64,000 nt of DNA from Hyphochytrium catenoides (Eukaryota; Protista; Hyphochytriomycota), in assembly GCA_900088475.1 (NCBI GenBank), contig FLMG01003832.1, positions 1 through 64,000 of the forward strand. Direction: 5' to 3'. Position 1 is the stretch's first letter. Each line of letters starts with the position of its first letter. Shown here in pieces: positions 60,947 through 64,000 of this stretch. The notes beneath the pieces are model-generated. The model searched no databases, was not told where the DNA came from, and saw nothing but the letters and a program-made list of their open reading frames with translations. The translations under genes and the position numbers were made by a program.

Positions 60947-63220
60947 ATGGCTTTTCCTCTTCGAAGGCTCTCTCTTCTCGTCTTTCTCTCTCTCTCTCTC
61001 TTCCTCTCGCTCCCTCCGTCGGTACGCTCAGCTATTTCCCTATACGGAAGCGTACGAAGCGGCCGAGCTCTGCCTGCCGCGGGCCCTCGAAAAGTAGTAC
61101 CTGTACCGCGTGTAGGAGGAATAGTTCGCAACGGCCAGGTAGCAGTAAAAACTTCCGGGAACCACATGTCAGCTCCTGACTGGATGACAGTGACAAAGGC
61201 GCAAGACTACATGGCAAAGATTGCAGAAGAGGGACCAAACAGAGCGAAGGCCAGCCCTCTTCTCAATGAGCACAATGAGCAACGCCAGAGCACGAGACAG
61301 ACGGAAAGAGACACTCCCGTTGCGGTCCCTAGAGACGAAGTAAGACAAGAGATCTCGTCGGCTAAGGATGTAGACCAGCCGTCTTCGGCAGGGAAAGAGC
61401 CTCAAAGCGATCCTCTTCTTGATGATGTCTCACCAGGGAAAGAGAAAGACTCTGTCTCTCTCCCGCCTCAAGAGAAGGTGGAAGAGACAAGATCTTCTTC
61501 TTCTTCTTCTCTCCCCATGTCAGGCGACTCTTCTTCTTCTTCTTCTTCTCTCGTCATTAGAGGAAGACCTTATCTCACGTACAATGAACTTGTGACGCTT
61601 GTGCAAGAAAAACTAGGCGTGACGCTTGGGCGGCGCGGCGGGCTTCTGGGTGCTCTGGACGATTTCTTTGCTTCTGCCATGAAAGGCTTTCTTAAGACTG
61701 AGACAACGCCATACTTCGGGGCAATGTCAGCTATCAACTTCTTCTCCTATGGCAATGCGTTGAGTGCGCTGAAGGTCAGGTTCCTGCTTGGCGTGAGGCC
61801 AGTAAAGCTGACCTACAACGGCGTGAAGCTCCACGTGCTGGTGCTTGAGAGCAACCAAGGAGGCAAGCCTCTGCCTGGGCAGGAGGTGGTTGACATGGTC
61901 TTGGTCCACGGGTATAACGCTGATGGCTCCACCTTCTTTCCCATCATAGAAAAGCTGCTGGAGAGCCATCCAGATCCTAATGTTTACTATCGGTTCATCC
62001 TCCCTGACAGCGTCGGCCATGGAAGAAGCGCCAAGAACTTTCCTTCCCATCTGCAGCCTGGAAATGGAGATCTCATCCGGTTTATGGGCGAAGCGCTGGC
62101 TCATGTCCTAGAGAAGGTGGACGTGGATGGGAAAGTCATCATCGGCGCGCACTCACTCGGCGGTGCCAAGCTCCATGAGGCGCTTTGGGCAAAGCCGGCG
62201 CTGCTTGAGAAAGTGGCAGGACTCATAGAGTTTGAGACCTTTGGCCATCCAACGCCTGAGTATTCTTTCGCAGAGTCATTGGAGACAGGCCATGGATTCA
62301 ACGCGCTAGCGCCGCAGAATAATGAGCAAGCTTGGCTGGCAGCCAACCTGGCCGTGGGCAAGAACAAGATCAGAGACAGTCATCTGAAGACCATGCTGCC
62401 GAACATGGTGCTGCAGAACTTCGTTGAGGCTGCCAATAGGCATAGTCACATCTTGGTAGATATCAAAGGCTATCGTAAGAAGATACTACCGGACGGCTCT
62501 TCTTCTCTCTCCCGCAGCGCGGAGGAGAGCTCTCCTTTTCCTTCCCTAGAGAAGATGAAAGCTCTGTATGGGAAAGAAGACGGACCTTTCGTCTTCCTCG
62601 TCGAGGGAGAGCATGACAACCTCATCCCTCCCTATGTTGACTTCTATGAGAAGCACTTCGGCAGCGATCATCCTAACATTGAGTACGTCAAACTCCCAGA
62701 CACCGGGCATATGCTAAGCCTCGAGAACCCAGAAGGCGCTGCCCATATTCTACATCGCAGTGTGCAGAGGAAGCTTACCAAGGAAGGAGCAGCATCTCCT
62801 TCTTCTGTTACTATCAATGTGAAAGTGGGAGGAGAAAGAGCAGAGCAAATGGGGAGAAAGCTCTCCTCTCTCTCCAGGTCTTCTTCCTCTCTTCAGTCTG
62901 CTGTTGTTGAGAAGAGAAGATTTAGACGGAACATCGCTGCCACGGCTCCGATGGCTGGGGAAGAACAAGAGTCTTCTTCTTCTCCATCTCTTTCTCTCCT
63001 CTTCTCTCCCGAAGGATTCGCCTCTCTCTATGAAGACCCGTTCTCTCCTAAGAACGCGCCTCGTCTCTCTCTCCTGCTAAAGGTTCAGGAGCATAACCAA
63101 GAAAAGGCTCTGGCTCAGCTGGAAGAGAAGGTCCCAGAAGAGAAGAGAGAAAGCTTTAGACAGGAGATGAAGGAAGCCATAAAGGTCTCAGAGGACTTTG
63201 TGCGCTATTGGGGCGCCTAG
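60947..63220 (+). CDS. Secreted/membrane-targeted alpha/beta hydrolase (lipase/esterase-like), 757 aa, intronless
   Basis: ATG at 60947 with a hydrophobic signal-like segment. Motifs: oxyanion LVHGY, PDSVGHGRS, nucleophile GAHSLGG, acid GEHDNL and catalytic His DTGHML. Confidence 0.9.
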   Translation: MAFPLRRLSLLVFLSLSLFLSLPPSVRSAISLYGSVRSGRALPAAGPRKVVPVPRVGGIVRNGQVAVKTSGNHMSAPDWMTVTKAQDYMAKIAEEGPNRAKASPLLNEHNEQRQSTRQTERDTPVAVPRDEVRQEISSAKDVDQPSSAGKEPQSDPLLDDVSPGKEKDSVSLPPQEKVEETRSSSSSSLPMSGDSSSSSSSLVIRGRPYLTYNELVTLVQEKLGVTLGRRGGLLGALDDFFASAMKGFLKTETTPYFGAMSAINFFSYGNALSALKVRFLLGVRPVKLTYNGVKLHVLVLESNQGGKPLPGQEVVDMVLVHGYNADGSTFFPIIEKLLESHPDPNVYYRFILPDSVGHGRSAKNFPSHLQPGNGDLIRFMGEALAHVLEKVDVDGKVIIGAHSLGGAKLHEALWAKPALLEKVAGLIEFETFGHPTPEYSFAESLETGHGFNALAPQNNEQAWLAANLAVGKNKIRDSHLKTMLPNMVLQNFVEAANRHSHILVDIKGYRKKILPDGSSSLSRSAEESSPFPSLEKMKALYGKEDGPFVFLVEGEHDNLIPPYVDFYEKHFGSDHPNIEYVKLPDTGHMLSLENPEGAAHILHRSVQRKLTKEGAASPSSVTINVKVGGERAEQMGRKLSSLSRSSSSLQSAVVEKRRFRRNIAATAPMAGEEQESSSSPSLSLLFSPEGFASLYEDPFSPKNAPRLSLLLKVQEHNQEKALAQLEEKVPEEKRESFRQEMKEAIKVSEDFVRYWGA

Positions 63221-63255
63221 GCTTCTTTCTCTTAGCTTCTTTGACGATTTACCTT

Positions 63256-63294
<39 letters not shown>

Positions 63295-63510
63295 TATATC
63301 ACATCTATGTCCTCTGTCTGTCTGTCTTTCAGAACTAAGGCTAGGTCATCGCTCTGGGTTGGCAGAGTAATCTTGTCACGTCTCATTTCTCCTTTCCTTG
63401 GTGCCAGTTCTCTCTCGCCTCGAACAGAGAATCTTTCTCTCCCAGGAACGCACCACGTTTTTCAAAAAGTTAGAAGAAATATAATTTAAAGAGCCAATTA
63501 ATCGTCTACT

Positions 63511-63541
<31 letters not shown>

Positions 63542-63604
63542 TCCCCTCCTCCTACCTCCTCTTTTCCTCTCTCTACTTCCGCGCTCTCCGCCTCTTGTTC
63601 CTCC

Positions 63605-63665
<61 letters not shown>

Positions 63666-64000
63666 CTTTCTTTTTCTCTCTCTCTCTTGCTACTATCTGT
63701 ATTGCATCACCATCATGAGCTCCTAAGAAAAGGCGAGAGTTAGGTAGAGGACCACCGGAGAGCCATGGCACCAGCAAGAAGTACGCCTGTCTCTCAGCGG
63801 TGCTGCTACTCGTGAACACCGCGGTCTCCCGCTAAATAATATCCCAGAGATGATGATGATGAGCCTGCCAGCCGCCATTCCCGTCGTTCCGCCGCTTACT
63901 CTCCTGCAGGGTAGTAGGAAGAAGCTCTCTCCCTCCCTGGTGATGATGATGAAGAGTTCTCTTCGTGAGAAAGAGTTGCTGATTGACTCGAAGATCTAAA

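Noticed and set aside
1-64000. Non-standard genetic code or non-canonical introns
   Set aside because: Recognisable genes end in TAA, TAG and TGA with no in-frame stops, and all modelled introns are GT-AG.
1-64000. tRNA/rRNA genes
   Set aside because: I saw no cloverleaf/T-loop context or rRNA-like conserved tracts by eye. A tRNAscan-SE/Infernal run would be needed to exclude them formally.

Overview
This is a draft scaffold (10 N-gaps) from an intron-containing eukaryote whose DNA is saturated with (GA)n/(CT)n and (GAA)n microsatellites. Most ORFs in the supplied track are low-complexity artefacts (SL/ER repeats). By reading splice sites I reconstructed three spliced minus-strand genes. The first is a 6-exon C2-domain protein (6481-10471). 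The second is a 6-exon, ~1878-aa fusion of a degenerate DEDDy/EXD1-like 3'-5' exonuclease with a Ycf45/SpoIIIAA AAA+ ATPase (25316-33187). The third is a 5'-incomplete membrane protein with a duplicated TM module (36774-42108+). Four intronless genes are also clear: a secreted CE4 polysaccharide deacetylase with 3 PAN/Apple domains, a MARVEL-like 4-TM protein with a zinc ribbon, a PLAC8 protein and a secreted alpha/beta hydrolase. Non-coding features include a PIF/Harbinger (Tourist-like) MITE, a frameshifted 78-bp repeat gene, several minisatellites and local duplications, and a dispersed family made of a GAA tract plus a conserved motif. The most unusual observation is an intron that carries, 22 nt after its 5' splice site, a 33-nt antisense copy (31/33) of its own 3' splice site plus the downstream Walker-B exon start. 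I found no tRNA, rRNA or CRISPR array. All family assignments come from motif recognition, not database searches.
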